From: Octopus bimaculoides
Lineage: Eukaryota
Length of the DNA: 64,000 nucleotides
NCBI RefSeq assembly: GCF_001194135.2
Contig: NC_068985.1
Coordinates: 29,633,211-29,697,210, forward strand
Reading direction: 5' to 3'
Numbering within the stretch: the stretch's first letter is position 1; the number at the start of each line of letters is the position of its first letter. A program made the translations under genes and the position numbers. Positions 23,099 through 35,581 of the stretch are shown here, in pieces. Below the pieces are notes generated by a model. That model was not told where the DNA came from, did not search any database, and saw nothing but the letters and a program-made list of their open reading frames with translations.

Positions 23099-23271
23099 TG
23101 CGCACGCGCATCTCTGTCAAATCTATCGGTTGCTTTGCTTTACCCTCCTCCTCTCCTCCACCACTCAGCAACCACCCTTAGTCGCCTTTAATTGAAGTCA
23201 GTGCTCGCTTGATGCTTGTGTTTTGTTATGAACTGACCATCTTTTGTTTTAAAACAAATTATACGGTAGGT
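23099..23271 (+). promoter_or_regulatory. Candidate promoter and non-coding first exon
   Basis: TGCGCACGCGCA (23099-23110) matches the NRF1 consensus YGCGCAYGCGCR. It is followed by a pyrimidine/CpG-rich stretch and a donor ACG|GTAGGT (GT at 23266). Confidence 0.5.
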
Positions 23272-23548
23272 ATATATAACATATAAATATATACACTCAC
23301 ACATATACATATATTTATAACTGTAATCTTTTTTATCTATCTGCAATAATTTTTATTATTTATTTCTTGTCTCATTTCTTTCACATTTTCTTTAATTTAA
23401 ATATATTGTTGATGTTTGATTCAATTAACCCTCACCATACACATTTCTCTGTCCTCCATGAGTACCCTAAATTTAAAAAGAGTAAATATTAAGATTGATA
23501 TATATATATGCACATACTGATTCATTTGCCACATAACACCCATCACAC

Positions 23549-23623
<75 letters not shown>

Positions 23624-24809
23624 TTTCATCATATATGTCTCTCCACCCCTGATTTCGCCTGTGGTCATCATTTGTCTATTGTAATGTTAGGGTTTTTCAT
23701 CGTTATGTCGGGTATAGCGAGTAGCTTGTATTATTTGTATGTGGCGTGTGTGTGTGTGTGTGATGGAGGAAGAGCGAAGTAACGGGAATCCTTAGTAAAG
23801 TTGATCCCTATATTCTTTGGTGATCACTCCACTGTATTTTTAAAAAATTGTTTTTATAATTTTGTTTCCATCTTTTTAGAGAATGTGTATGGCCACAGTC
23901 AGTATTCAAGTGGGAGTTTAATTGATTTAATACGGTCCTTTATTTTATAGTCAGCTTGTTTAAAGAAGAAAGAAGGGTACTGTGGGGTAGGGTGGTTGAT
24001 GGTTTGAAGGAGAGAAAGAAAAATAGCATTATTCTTTCGAACGCTAATATTACTGTTGTTGGCCTTGTGCCTATAGTAGAAAGATTATTATTATTGTTGT
24101 TCTGTCTATCACGTTCGGCAGTTGTGTGTTAATGATGAAATTTTGTTATCAATATATTTTATTAATTATTAGTTCCATTTTAATCTTTGTTTAACCGACC
24201 AAAATCCACATACAAACAATAAATTTGATGATAAGTATAATACCATTCGCCACAAGGGCTGCGAAGAGAACACACATGATATAGTATTTCAGATAAATTA
24301 CAATGCGATGCAAATAAACGAAGATATATTGGTTGAATGAGATATATATATTTATATTATATGTGTGTGTTTGCACGCTAAATAATATTAATAATCTCTC
24401 CCACTTGTTTCTCAAACTGGTGGGTGGAGAAACGGTTCAGTTTTTGTTTATCAATTTGATCTGAAGTCTCCGTTCACATTTTTTATTGGATGGGGGTGGT
24501 GGTGTGAATATCATCTTTCTTCCGTCAACTCTTCCTCCGCTCGCTTTTATTTTCTTTCTTCTTTCCCTTGAGGTTAATATACAAGTATTAATTTCACCCG
24601 CAATGTAAATATCTGTATGAAATTCATTTAACGTATTTTACCAATTTTTGACCTATAAATGAAGATTTGTGGCCTTGCAAACTGAGACAGTGTTACTGCA
24701 TGAGTTTCTATTTGGAGCCATTTCACCTCGCTACTTACGCCTTTTGAGAAATGCATGAACATCACCACATCTTAATTACTTTTGCCTATGTATCTATCCT
24801 GAATGTTAA

Positions 24810-27800
24810 TATTTATTATTGTTGGTATGATAAATATTAGAAGGCTTGACTAAATTTCAATTTTACGTTCCGTGTTCAAATCCCTGAGAGTTGTCTTTTT
24901 CGTCGCTATGGTGGTAGGTGATAATAAGTACTTATGTACTAGTTCGATTCAATCGTCTATACATACTCAACTTCTGTGAGTACAGTGAGGCCGCTCGACT
25001 AGCTAGAGATAGCGGCCTAGTTCTTATAAATCACACCATACTTTCTTAAAAAGAAAAGAAAAAAAAAAAGGAAGCACACACTGATACAGAAAATGAGGGA
25101 TGATCATGGAATGTTTTTGGTGAAAGGTTTGTTCAACGAAAGCTAACCTGGGACTAGAAAAAGAAGAAGAAAAAAACCCGCGTCACACCATTAGTTTTGA
25201 GTTCAAATACTGCTAATGTCAACTTTGCCTTTTATTCTTTCGATATGATCCCAACCCCCAAATTTGAGGCCTTGTGTTCAGAAATGATGGCTATAGACGG
25301 TTATTTTGCAGAATCGGTAGTGTCAGATAAAATACCTAGCCGTATTTAATGACATCTCTTTACATTCTGAGTTCAAACCATGTGGAAATTCACTTCATCT
25401 TTTGATATCGTTAAAATAAAGTTTTAGGTAAGAACTCTGGATGGTGGCGGTATGATAACCCACCCCAGAATTCGAATGTTTCCATAATTCCTCGTATCAA
25501 GGCCATGTGTCTGTAAAAAGAAAATAAATGTTCAACCCCCCCCCCCAACTGATCGGTACTAACATCCTAGTTTCCATTCCCTCTTGAAAACAGACCGAAC
25601 GAACACTTCAAGAATCGTCAAAGTGTATTTTAACTTCGGCCCTTTCATCTTGCCGGTGTGAATAAATTAAGTACCAGAAACATACTGATGTCAGTATAAT
25701 CATCTGTTGTTTATTATAGCTGCTAAGAAAAAAAAAAAAAAAAAGATGAAGAAAGAAACCCACCCCACCCGGGTTGACTTTGACCCTGGAGTGTGTAATT
25801 TAAAAATAAGTACCACCTCTTGTTGTGTAAACCCAAGTTAGCGTTGATTTAGCAAACCTATTGTTAGATTTCATCTGTTGCCTAGTTTGACACCAATATC
25901 TGGCCCTTGAGTACCTTCAGTGGAGTATGTTGCAGCATTCGGTCCAGTTTTCTGGTCTGAATATAATTCCCTCGTTTTCTCTCATCCATCCTGGAGGATC
26001 TGGAAAAGGCCACAGGCGCGGTCTTTTCCCTCATTACAGCAGTTAATAATGGTTTCAAATTTTGACCCAAGGCCAGCAATTTTAGGAGAGGGGTAAGTCA
26101 ATTACATTGTTCCCAGTGTTCAACTGGTACTTATTTTATAGACCCCGAAAAGATGAAAGGCAAAATCGATCTCAGCGGAAATTGAACTCGGAACGTAAAG
26201 ACGGACGAAATACTGCTAAGCACCTTGCCCGGCGTGCTAACGATTCTGCCAGCTCACCGAGTTATTACAACAATTAATAATACTTTCAAATTTTTGCACA
26301 AGGCCAGCAATTTCGGAGGAGGTGCTAAGTCGATACTTATTTTATCAACCTGAGAAGGAGGAAAGACAACGTCGATCACGGCTGTATTTGAACTCAGGAT
26401 GCAAAACCGGAAGAAATGCCCTTAAGTTAACGACATGTGAATGAATTTGCCGGATTAATGTTTCATGGCTGTCGTAGGATAATATACTCCGGACTATATA
26501 TAATGTGTCTTTTTTAGTCAACGTTCTTTACATTCAAATCTTGCCAGTATAGTTAAGTTAATCGGTTGTTCTCAGCATATTCAAGATGTTTATAGGGGGA
26601 AAATCATTAACATCTTAATATCTCCCTTCTCATTCATGATGACAATGGTTATGTTTAGCTCTAGATCAGCTTTGAAGCAAACCCTCCATTAAAGGCATTC
26701 AGACGCGATCATCTCATCTATTTTTGTTTTTGAGCTTGGGCTACATTATCCAATGTGTTCTCTCTATATTGAGACACAAATGTGATTTGAAAGAGGTTTG
26801 GTTGTATTTCCACATTAAATTGTACCTGTATAAGAAAGAGGGTGGCAACAGAATGGTTTAGAATTGAAGTGTTCGTTCAAGTCTACGACTCTGCGTTCTC
26901 GTTTTCACAATACATTCAGGATTGATAAAGTAAAGTACCAATTTATACTGGCAATGGCGAAGGGAAGGTTTATCACTTCTGTTAACTACCTATTCTGTTT
27001 TAATAATTATTTGCTGTGGATTGGCAGAGTTGTTAGTGTTGGACAAAATTAAATGTGACATTGAGTTCAAATCCCATCGAGGTGAACTTTGCATATTATC
27101 TTTTTGGGATCGATAAAATAAATTAGCAGTCAGATACAGGTATCGATTTAATCGACAATACCTTCACCCCCAAATTCGTGCCAGTATTAGATATCAATGA
27201 TTATTTCTTTATCGTAGTGAGATTGTGGTGCATTTAAAACCTTGCTCTTCTTTTCTGTTAAAAAATATGAAGCCCTGTGTGAATAGACTCTAAGTCTTAG
27301 TTTCAAATCTCGATTGAAGATCCATCCCTTATTTTATTTTTGCCCTGATAATGCCTTTGGGGGAAAAATATGAACAACTCTTTTTTTCTTATCCCCACTT
27401 CTGTAAATTATTTTTATATTTAAAAAATGCATTGCTTACTCTAGTTGTTTTTTTTTACCTAGGGTACATTTATACTGACGTGGTGTGAGATGTCAAACAA
27501 TCTGTTTTTAATATTTTGTTGATGTACACAGTTTTAGTTCCTTTGACATCTGCTGGTTGCTCAACATAAAATCCAGATCTCTCTTATTACCAAAATAGCA
27601 CACTTTTGAAGGATAATTGAGCAAAAACAGCAACAGCCAGCGCATTAAATGATCTTATGAATAACTTTGATTTGTTAAGCCTTCATTATTAAGGGGTGCG
27701 ATAATGATTTTGAAATCGCGAAGGGGTGCAAAATATGGAAGAAGATTGAAGACTGCAGTAACTCAGAGACTGATGAGAGAACTGGAGAAAGAAAGTGTTT

Positions 27801-29330
27801 TATCGTTTATCCTCAGACTTGTGACATGGTCTTAATACTTGCAACAGAGTAGACTGCTAAAGTCATTCAAAGGACAGGACTAGGGTTTTAAACAAAGCGT
27901 CGGATTAAATTTAAGAACATTAGGTAAGCTTAGAGTTCACGACTCTGGTTTTGATTTGCATATCAAAACAATTCTAGTTTAAATTATTCCTGTTAATATT
28001 CTTCCAGTTTAAGGCATGAACTGTCTCTCGTTTCTTTTATCCTGTCTTATGTACACGGTATCTTAAAAACGCAAGTGGAAAGGCATGTGTCAGAAGAGAT
28101 AAACGTTCTCAGCGGTTTGGTTTCGCTTCCCAGTTGCACCCTATATCAGCACCCCCTTTCCATCGCTGGTGTCCTTTAGAATGGCATTATCACAAATATC
28201 CATTTTAATCTCGTTGTCTAAACAAGGAATTCTATCTTTTTTTCTTCTCTCCCTTGCTAGGACGGTGGGTTGATAATCTTCAAAGCAAAATGCTTTGTGG
28301 TAGTTTATTCTGGCTCTTTATGTTTAAATCCTACTAAAGTAAACTTTACCTTTTATCTTCCCTGGATTGATAAAATATACCATTCAAGTATTCGTAGCAA
28401 TGATATCGACAAACCATGTCTAAAATTTTTAGCTTGTGCCGATGTTAGAAATTAAGGTGTGCGTGGTAGAGTGGAGATAAACTTTTGGAGATTGTAGATT
28501 CAGTAAAATGAATTTACGACCTGGTTGCGCTGTACAATTGAATATATTAGCATCTCCCTGCCTATCCAATGTAGAATCAAGGTAACTGAATGGGTGTCAT
28601 GGCATTTCAAATCCCACTTCAAATATCTTTTGAGCTTAATTGTGTAGCCGAATTTTCGTTTTGTATATACGTAGTCTTTTAAATTTTATGCGTCTTAGTT
28701 GACCATTATTTTCGTTACATATTGGAAGACCACTCATTTCAACGTTTCTTAGCTCACCAATATTTTCGTCGTGTATAGCGTCCACTCAATTTGATGTCTT
28801 AGTTCACCTGTCTTTTGCATGAACAACGCTTATGTTGTCCATACCATGGGAAAGGAATAAATACTCCAAGATCCATTCTTTATAAATATCGGTACTAGTT
28901 ATATACAACAGTCAATTCAACCGATTGTGTCATATTCCTAAAGAAATCTGGAGTCTTGTGCTTATGTAAGAAATCATTGTTATAATAATTAATAAAGGAC
29001 GGTTGGATGGTAGAATAGGGGAAATGTCAGGTTAACTACCTTACGGTTTTTATTTCCGCCCCTTCACACTGTGTTTTCAAATCCCGCCGAGTTGACTTCG
29101 CCTTTCACCTCTTTGAAATCGATAAATTGACTTGAGTGGTATTTGGCATCGATTAAATCGACTAGACACACTCCTTCTTTATAGATTTGTGGCCTTGTGC
29201 CAAAGTTGACGGTCGATGACAGAATCAGAAAAGCAGTATTTAGTTATGTCCATTTATGTTGTGCGTTCAAATCTCAGCTAGGTTTACTCTGCTCTTTATC
29301 CAACTCATTGGGATTGATGGATTGCTGAGG
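24810..29330. mobile_element. Cluster of ~12 SINE-A copies and fragments (mostly +; minus-strand copies at 26040-26260 and 26280-26420)
   Basis: Recurrent GAGTTCAAAT / AACTTTGCCTTT / GATAAAATAAGTACC blocks. The copy at 26040-26260 is near-consensus with CpGs intact. Confidence 0.75.
27817..27923 (+). other. Candidate 107-nt non-coding exon
   Basis: Acceptor TTTATCGTTTATCCTCAG| and donor TAG|GTAAGC; stops in all three frames. Confidence 0.3.
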
Positions 29331-29690
29331 ATACGTCTGAATCAGTCGACTAAATCTCATTCCCTGTTCATTGTTACCAGCAGTATCTTAATATGTTTGA
29401 AAAATAAGCCTGCTGTTATTATTTCGTGGCCATATTGCTAGCATATATATACATGTACCTACACAGAGAGAAAGCCAAAGATTGGAAAATCAGATAACAT
29501 TATTTCTACGCTGATTTCCCCCCACTGCGTGTGTGTGTGTATTTAGTCTGGTCTGGACTTTATTTATTTGTCTGTCTCTCCTTCACTCTGCACTGTTTCA
29601 TGAGCAGCCCACACCTCACGTTCCACGCTCCCTCCTCCGCTGAACTCATGTCTGACCTCAGTTTAGTGGACTCTCTGACTCTAAGCTAAA

Positions 29691-29724
<34 letters not shown>

Positions 29725-30568
29725 TCTGATGTAGACGGCATCTTAATGAAAAATCGAATGTCTAGACATCCCTCAAAAATACACCGCCCTCCTCTTAACA
29801 ACATAAGCACAACACATTAACACCGTACGTTTTAACTATATTTACATGCAAAGAAAAACAAAGGTAAATACACGCATTCATAGCCACAGAAACACACACA
29901 CACATATGTATATATACACATGCGTGTGTGATACCACGAACATCTTTCGATGAAAGGAAAGAATGATCGGAGTAGGCATATATATGGATGATTTGTGCGT
30001 GTCTTTCCTTTTCAACGTTATAGATTTCTGTATTTAAGTGTATGTATTTTTTTGTGTAGATATGTCAACGTAGATAGCATTGTGTCTCTCAATACATGCA
30101 TCTGTATAGTTGTATGTGTGTGTTGAGAGAAAGAGAAGGTTGAGGGGAGCAGTGAGTGGGAAAAGAGGAGCACTGTACGTGTGTATGTATATATCCTGAA
30201 ATGTACACACACACACACATATATATATATGTATGTATGCTTATACACACACACACACACGTGTGTGTGTGTGTGTGTGTGTGTGATCGTTATCTCATAA
30301 TGTCTCTTCCTGTACCTGGTTGGTTGGTATAACTCCGGTTATCATCATCATCATCAACAACGTCATCGTAGTCGTCGCTATTATTCAGAAGGTAGCCTGA
30401 TAGATATGTCGATAACAGCCTAGCTCATCTCTCATGCACAGTGTGTTTTATCTGTTTATCTGTAAAACTACTAGTCAGCATACACATTCTGTCTGTCTTT
30501 CTCAGTCTGTCTATTTTGCCTACCTATCGCACTATCTCCTCTCACTTCCTCCTTTATTATTTTTCTCT

Positions 30569-30610
<42 letters not shown>

Positions 30611-30917
30611 TATATATATAAACTTCTATAACCAATACAGATTTGAGTGTGTATACAAACATACATTTCTCTCTTTCCAACCACCCCTCAGTTATTCAGA
30701 GTGTCTATCTTTATATCTGTCTAACAGTCTATCTCCCTCTCTCTTGCCTTATCTCAACTTCAACACCCTGCCTACATTACATTGCTTACACACACTCACT
30801 ATCTCTCTTGGCCTTAGTCAGTCAGTCTGTTTATCTATCTATCTATAGCACTCACCCCCTCTACTTCTATCAGGCTTTATCTCGACTTCGTTACTCAATA
30901 TAATGGTGGAAGAGAGA

Positions 30918-30955
<38 letters not shown>

Positions 30956-31218
30956 ATGTGTATAGACAATCACATATACACTGTCACCCGACCAGTGATA
31001 TAAATCTGGCTATCCACCCCTTCTCTCTTGCCAGTTTTATCTCTATTCCAATACCTGATATAACGCTAGAACGAGGTACATACACATTTACACATACTCA
31101 CATACACATTCAGTCCCACACATACACAGTCAAGTGTGTATGGTATGTAGTTTCCTTACCCGATGCAAATTTAGTAATAGCTTTCCACATTGTCTCTAAT
31201 CTATGCATATCTCACTCT

Positions 31219-31269
<51 letters not shown>

Positions 31270-31425
31270 CACACATACACACACGTGTGTGTGTGTCTGT
31301 TTCTGTACACAAGCATACAAACACTGAACAGAAAGAAGTTGATAGTATAGTGAGGGTGTATTTGGTGTTTATGTAAATCTTCCTGCCCTGTTATCTAAAA
31401 TATGGTAATGTAATGATATATAAAT

Positions 31426-31475
<50 letters not shown>

Positions 31476-31814
31476 GAAGATAGATAGGTACTTACATATG
31501 TACACATGTATCTGTAAATGTGGCTTTGTGGTGAAGATGTTTGCTTCCCAGTCACAGGGCTTCAGGTTCAGTTTCAGTGTGTAGCACCTTAAGTGTCTTC
31601 TACTTTTGGCATCAGGCTGACCAAGCTTTGTTAGTAAATTTAGTAGATGGAAACTGAAAGGAGCCTGTGTATGTATGTATGTGTGTGTGTATATAAATAC
31701 ACACACACACACACACACACACACTTATGTATGTATGTTTTCAATACTTAATTTCTAAAACAACTACAAGATGGGAATCCACCTGAAGCTAACTATCCAA
31801 AATACTTCTTTGAA

Positions 31815-32332
31815 TTGTCTGTTTTCCATGCTGGCCTGTGTTCGACAGTTTGACAGGAGCTGGCTAGCTGGAGTGTTGCACCAGCCTCTAATTGTCTGTT
31901 TTTATATAGTTTCTATGAGTGAATACCCTTCCTAATGCCAACCAGTTTACAGTGTATTGGGTACTTTATATGTGCACAGGCAAGGGTGCTATATACACGG
32001 CACCAGCATGGGTGTTTTATATATGACATCAGCCCCGGTGCTTCTTATGTGAAACTGGCACAAGTGCTTTTTACATGACACTGGCATGAGTGCTTTTTAT
32101 GCAGCACCAGCACAGGTCCTTTCTATGTGGCACCAGCACAGGTCCTTTCTACATGACACCAGCACAGTGCCTCTTATATGGCACTGGCACAGGTGCATTT
32201 TATGTGGTGCCATGGTACCAGCATGGGTGCTTATTTTACATGGCACTGGCATGGATGCTATTTGCATGACACCAGCATGGGTGCTTCTTACATGAAACTT
32301 GCATGGGTGCTTTGTATGTGGCTTTAGCACCC
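31815..32332 (-). repeat. RTE-type 3' tail followed by ~14 tandem copies of a 26-bp unit
   Basis: 31815-31955 is the reverse complement of the RTE tail (TTTTCCATGCTGGC...CCCTTCCTAATGCCAACC). 31960-32332 repeats GGTGCTTTTTAYRTGRCACYRGCAYR. Confidence 0.85.
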
Positions 32333-32834
32333 GGAGCTTGCAAGACGAGGACCTCTCAGCTGAGATTGGTGGTGGTGGTGGTGGTGGTNNNNNNNNNNNN
32401 NNNNNNNNNNNNNNNNNNNNNNNNNNNNNNNNNNNNNNNNNNNNNNNNNNNNNNNNNNNNNNNNNNNNNNNNNNNNNNNNNNNNNNNNNNNNNNNNNNNN
32501 NNNNNNNNNNNNNNNNNNNNNNNNNNNNNNNNNNNNNNNNNNNNNNNNNNNNNNNNNNNNNNNNNNNNNNNNNNNNNNNNNNNNNNNNNNNNNNNNNNNN
32601 NNNNNNNNNNNNNNNNNNNNNNNNNNNNNNNNNNNNNNNNNNNNNNNNNNNNNNNNNNNNNNNNNNNNNNTTTTGAAGCATTTGGTCTGTATAAACATAA
32701 TGCAATAAAGTGTTTCCCTGAAAGACTGTTGTGGTTCAGCATTCAATTGCATTTGGAACATCCATAGCAGAGGATGCAAATAATCACAGTAGTGAAATGT
32801 ACATTTGGGACAAATGATACAAACGGCATCTTGT

Positions 32835-33038
32835 ACTCTTTTACTTGTTTCAGTCATTTGACTGCGGCCATGCTGGAGCACCGCCTTTAGTCGAGCAAAC
32901 CGACCCCCGGACTTATTCTTTGTAAGCCTAGTACTTATTCTATCAGTCTTTTTTTGCTGAACTGCTAAGTTACGGGGATGTAAACACACCATCGGTTGTC
33001 GAGCGATGGTGGGGGGACAAACACAGATATGCAAACAT

Positions 33039-33069
<31 letters not shown>

Positions 33070-33234
33070 CACGATGGGCTTCTTTCAGTTTCCATCTACC
33101 AAATCCACTTGCAAGGCTTTGGTCGGCCGAGGCTATAGTAGAAGACATTTGCCCAAAGTGCCACGCAGTGGGAATGAACCCGGAACCATATGGTTGGTAA
33201 TCAAGTTACTTACCACACAGCCACTCCTGCACCT
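32835..33234 (-). mobile_element. Near full-length SINE-B
   Basis: tRNA-like head TGGCTGTGTGGTAAGT...GGTTCCGGGTTCATTCCCACTGCG; body CTTTGGGCAAATGTCTTCTACTATAGCC; internal (TA)n(TG)n; tail GGCGGTGCTCCAGCATGGCCGCAGTCAAATGACTGAAACAAGTAAAAGAG. Other copies lie at ~935-1040, 31520-31680, 34003-34090, 55490-55760, 56790-57000 and 57830-57960. Confidence 0.9.
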
Positions 33235-34177
33235 ATATATGTATAGGATGTGTGTGTTACTATTTCCTTACCTTGATCTTGTGTGAATGTTGTAAATGAG
33301 AGTACCATAAAAACATGTCAAGCCATGGGGAAATGGATGAGGGTTGACAACCAGAAAGGAATCCAGCAGTAGAAAATGTCTCAAGGATTTCTGTCTGATC
33401 TATGTGAGACTGGAAAAGTGTCTCTTAAAACGATGATGATAATGCTATATATATATATATATATATNNNNNNNNNNNNNNNNNNNNNNNNNNNNNNNNNN
33501 NNNNNNNNNNNNNNNNNNNNNNNNNNNNNNNNNNNNNNNNNNNNNNNNNNNNNNNNNNNNNNNNNNNNNNNNNNNNNNNNNNNNNNNNNNNNNNNNNNNN
33601 NNNNNNNNNNNNNNNNNNNNNNNNNNNNNNNNNNNNNNNNNNNNNNNNNNNNNNNNNNNNNNNNNNNNNNNNNNNNNNNNNNNNNNNNNNNNNNNNNNNN
33701 NNNNNNNNNNNNNNNNNNNNNNNNNNNNNNNNNNNNNNNNNNNNNNNNNNNNNNNNNNNNNNNNNNNNNNNNNNNNNNNNNNNNNNNNNNNNNNNNNNNN
33801 NNNNNNNNNNNNNNNNNNNNNNNNNNNNNNNNNNNNNNNNNNNNNNNNNNNNNNNNNNNNNNNNNNNNNNNNNNNNNNNNNNNNNNNNNNNNNNNNNNNN
33901 NNNNNNNNNNNNNNNNNNNNNNNNNNNNNNNNNNNNNNNNNNNNNNNNNNNNNNNNNNNNNNNNNNNNNNNNNNNNNNNNNNNNNNNNNNNNNNNNNNNN
34001 NNCTAAAGAATAAGTCCTGGGGTCGATTTGCTCGACTAAAGGCGGTGCTCCAGCATGGCCGCAGTTAAAAGACTGAAACGAGTAAAAGAGTAACTCTTTC
34101 CCTTCACTGAATGTCAAGTTAATATATTCCTTGTGCACGTCCTCATGTTCATTTTTTTCTTTCTTTTTTTCTCTGTT

Positions 34178-34237
<60 letters not shown>

Positions 34238-35170
34238 AGCATCATTTAACAGCCTCCTTCCATGCTGGCTCAGGCTGGATGGTTTGACAGGAGCTAGCAA
34301 GTCAGATAACTACACCATCTACATGCATATACCCATGTACATATATATATTCATTATGAGTGACAGAAGCAGTATTAGTTCAAAATAGCTATCTGGGACT
34401 TATGGAATAGTGCAGTGGCATCTTGGTTGGAGGACTGGTATGACTTTTGTTTCATGTGTTCATATACATATATAGAAGTAGATGTAGAGATAAGCGAATT
34501 AGACAGGTCAATATATAAAGTGTAATAAATACATAAAATACAAAAAATGTATATATGTGTAGATAGGAAAAAATCCAACTTACACAGATTAGAAATGATG
34601 TAGAGAATTAAAGAGGTGGAGGTAAAAGTATTACAAATCCAACAGCTGTTTGTGGGGGCTTGGCAGTCCATAATAATGTTTGTAGATTGATTCCATCATA
34701 GGATGAGATGAGCCTCCGTCTTCAAGGAAGAGATCTTACATTTGAGATGTTGAAGGAAGGAAGTTCAATGATGGAACATACATACGTACATATGTACATA
34801 CATACATATGTTGTGTCCTCTTGAAGCACATCTGCTTATTCCAGTAATTCAAAGGTTGTTTGTAGATGTTTTATTCGTCAAAAGTATACATAAAAGTTGG
34901 AAAATACTGGGAAATATATTTTGCAGAGTAATAACATATCAAAATAGGGGATTAGAAACAAATTTTTGATATTATTTATTCACCATTACATGTTTCATTT
35001 GCTAACAGGAGTTACAAAATTGCACATGTAGGTAAAACATGTAAGATATCTCCTATTAGATATTCTTGATTCTCTGTCCTACTTGAACAATCTTGTAACT
35101 CTTATTAACAAATGAAAGATACATGTAATGGTGGATAAATAATACAAATTTTTTTTTCAGTCTCCTGTTT

Positions 35171-35212
<42 letters not shown>

Positions 35213-35581
35213 CAATTTATGTTATAACCTCAGAGTATACTTTATAAAGCCTGTCCACGAGTATTGGCTATGAGGTACTATTATCCAATGAAAATGGATT
35301 ACTTATGATATATCTGAAGATCTGTAGATATCCATGGAGTTTATATAAACACTAACAAGGAGAATGGAATGAACAACTTGTTTTATAGCATATGTCTACA
35401 GTTATTTCATTGACACTTTACCAGAAATCTATTGCTGGAGTATTATTATATAATATACAAAATAATACATCAAATCAGTATTATTACAGTGGTGCTGAAA
35501 AATATTGACCCTTAAAGTCTATGTATAAATTTATATATATGTGTGTGTGTGTACATATGCATATATTTATATATCATAGTC

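Larger units (their letters stand above)
19570..31350. promoter_or_regulatory. CpG-retaining (probably unmethylated) domain
   Basis: Hand counts: 5 CpG/120 bp at 20041-20160 and 5/120 at 28741-28860, versus 1/360 at 16201-16560 and 0/360 at 57481-57840. Boundaries are approximate. Confidence 0.65.

Noticed and set aside
31960-32332. CRISPR-like appearance of the 26-bp array (and of the 23-bp array at 50095)
   Set aside because: The units are contiguous with no unique spacers, no cas genes are present, and the context is animal DNA.
32097-34300. 100-300 aa ORFs spanning N-runs (also near 36, 38, 40 and 60 kb)
   Set aside because: They are open only because N codons cannot be stops.
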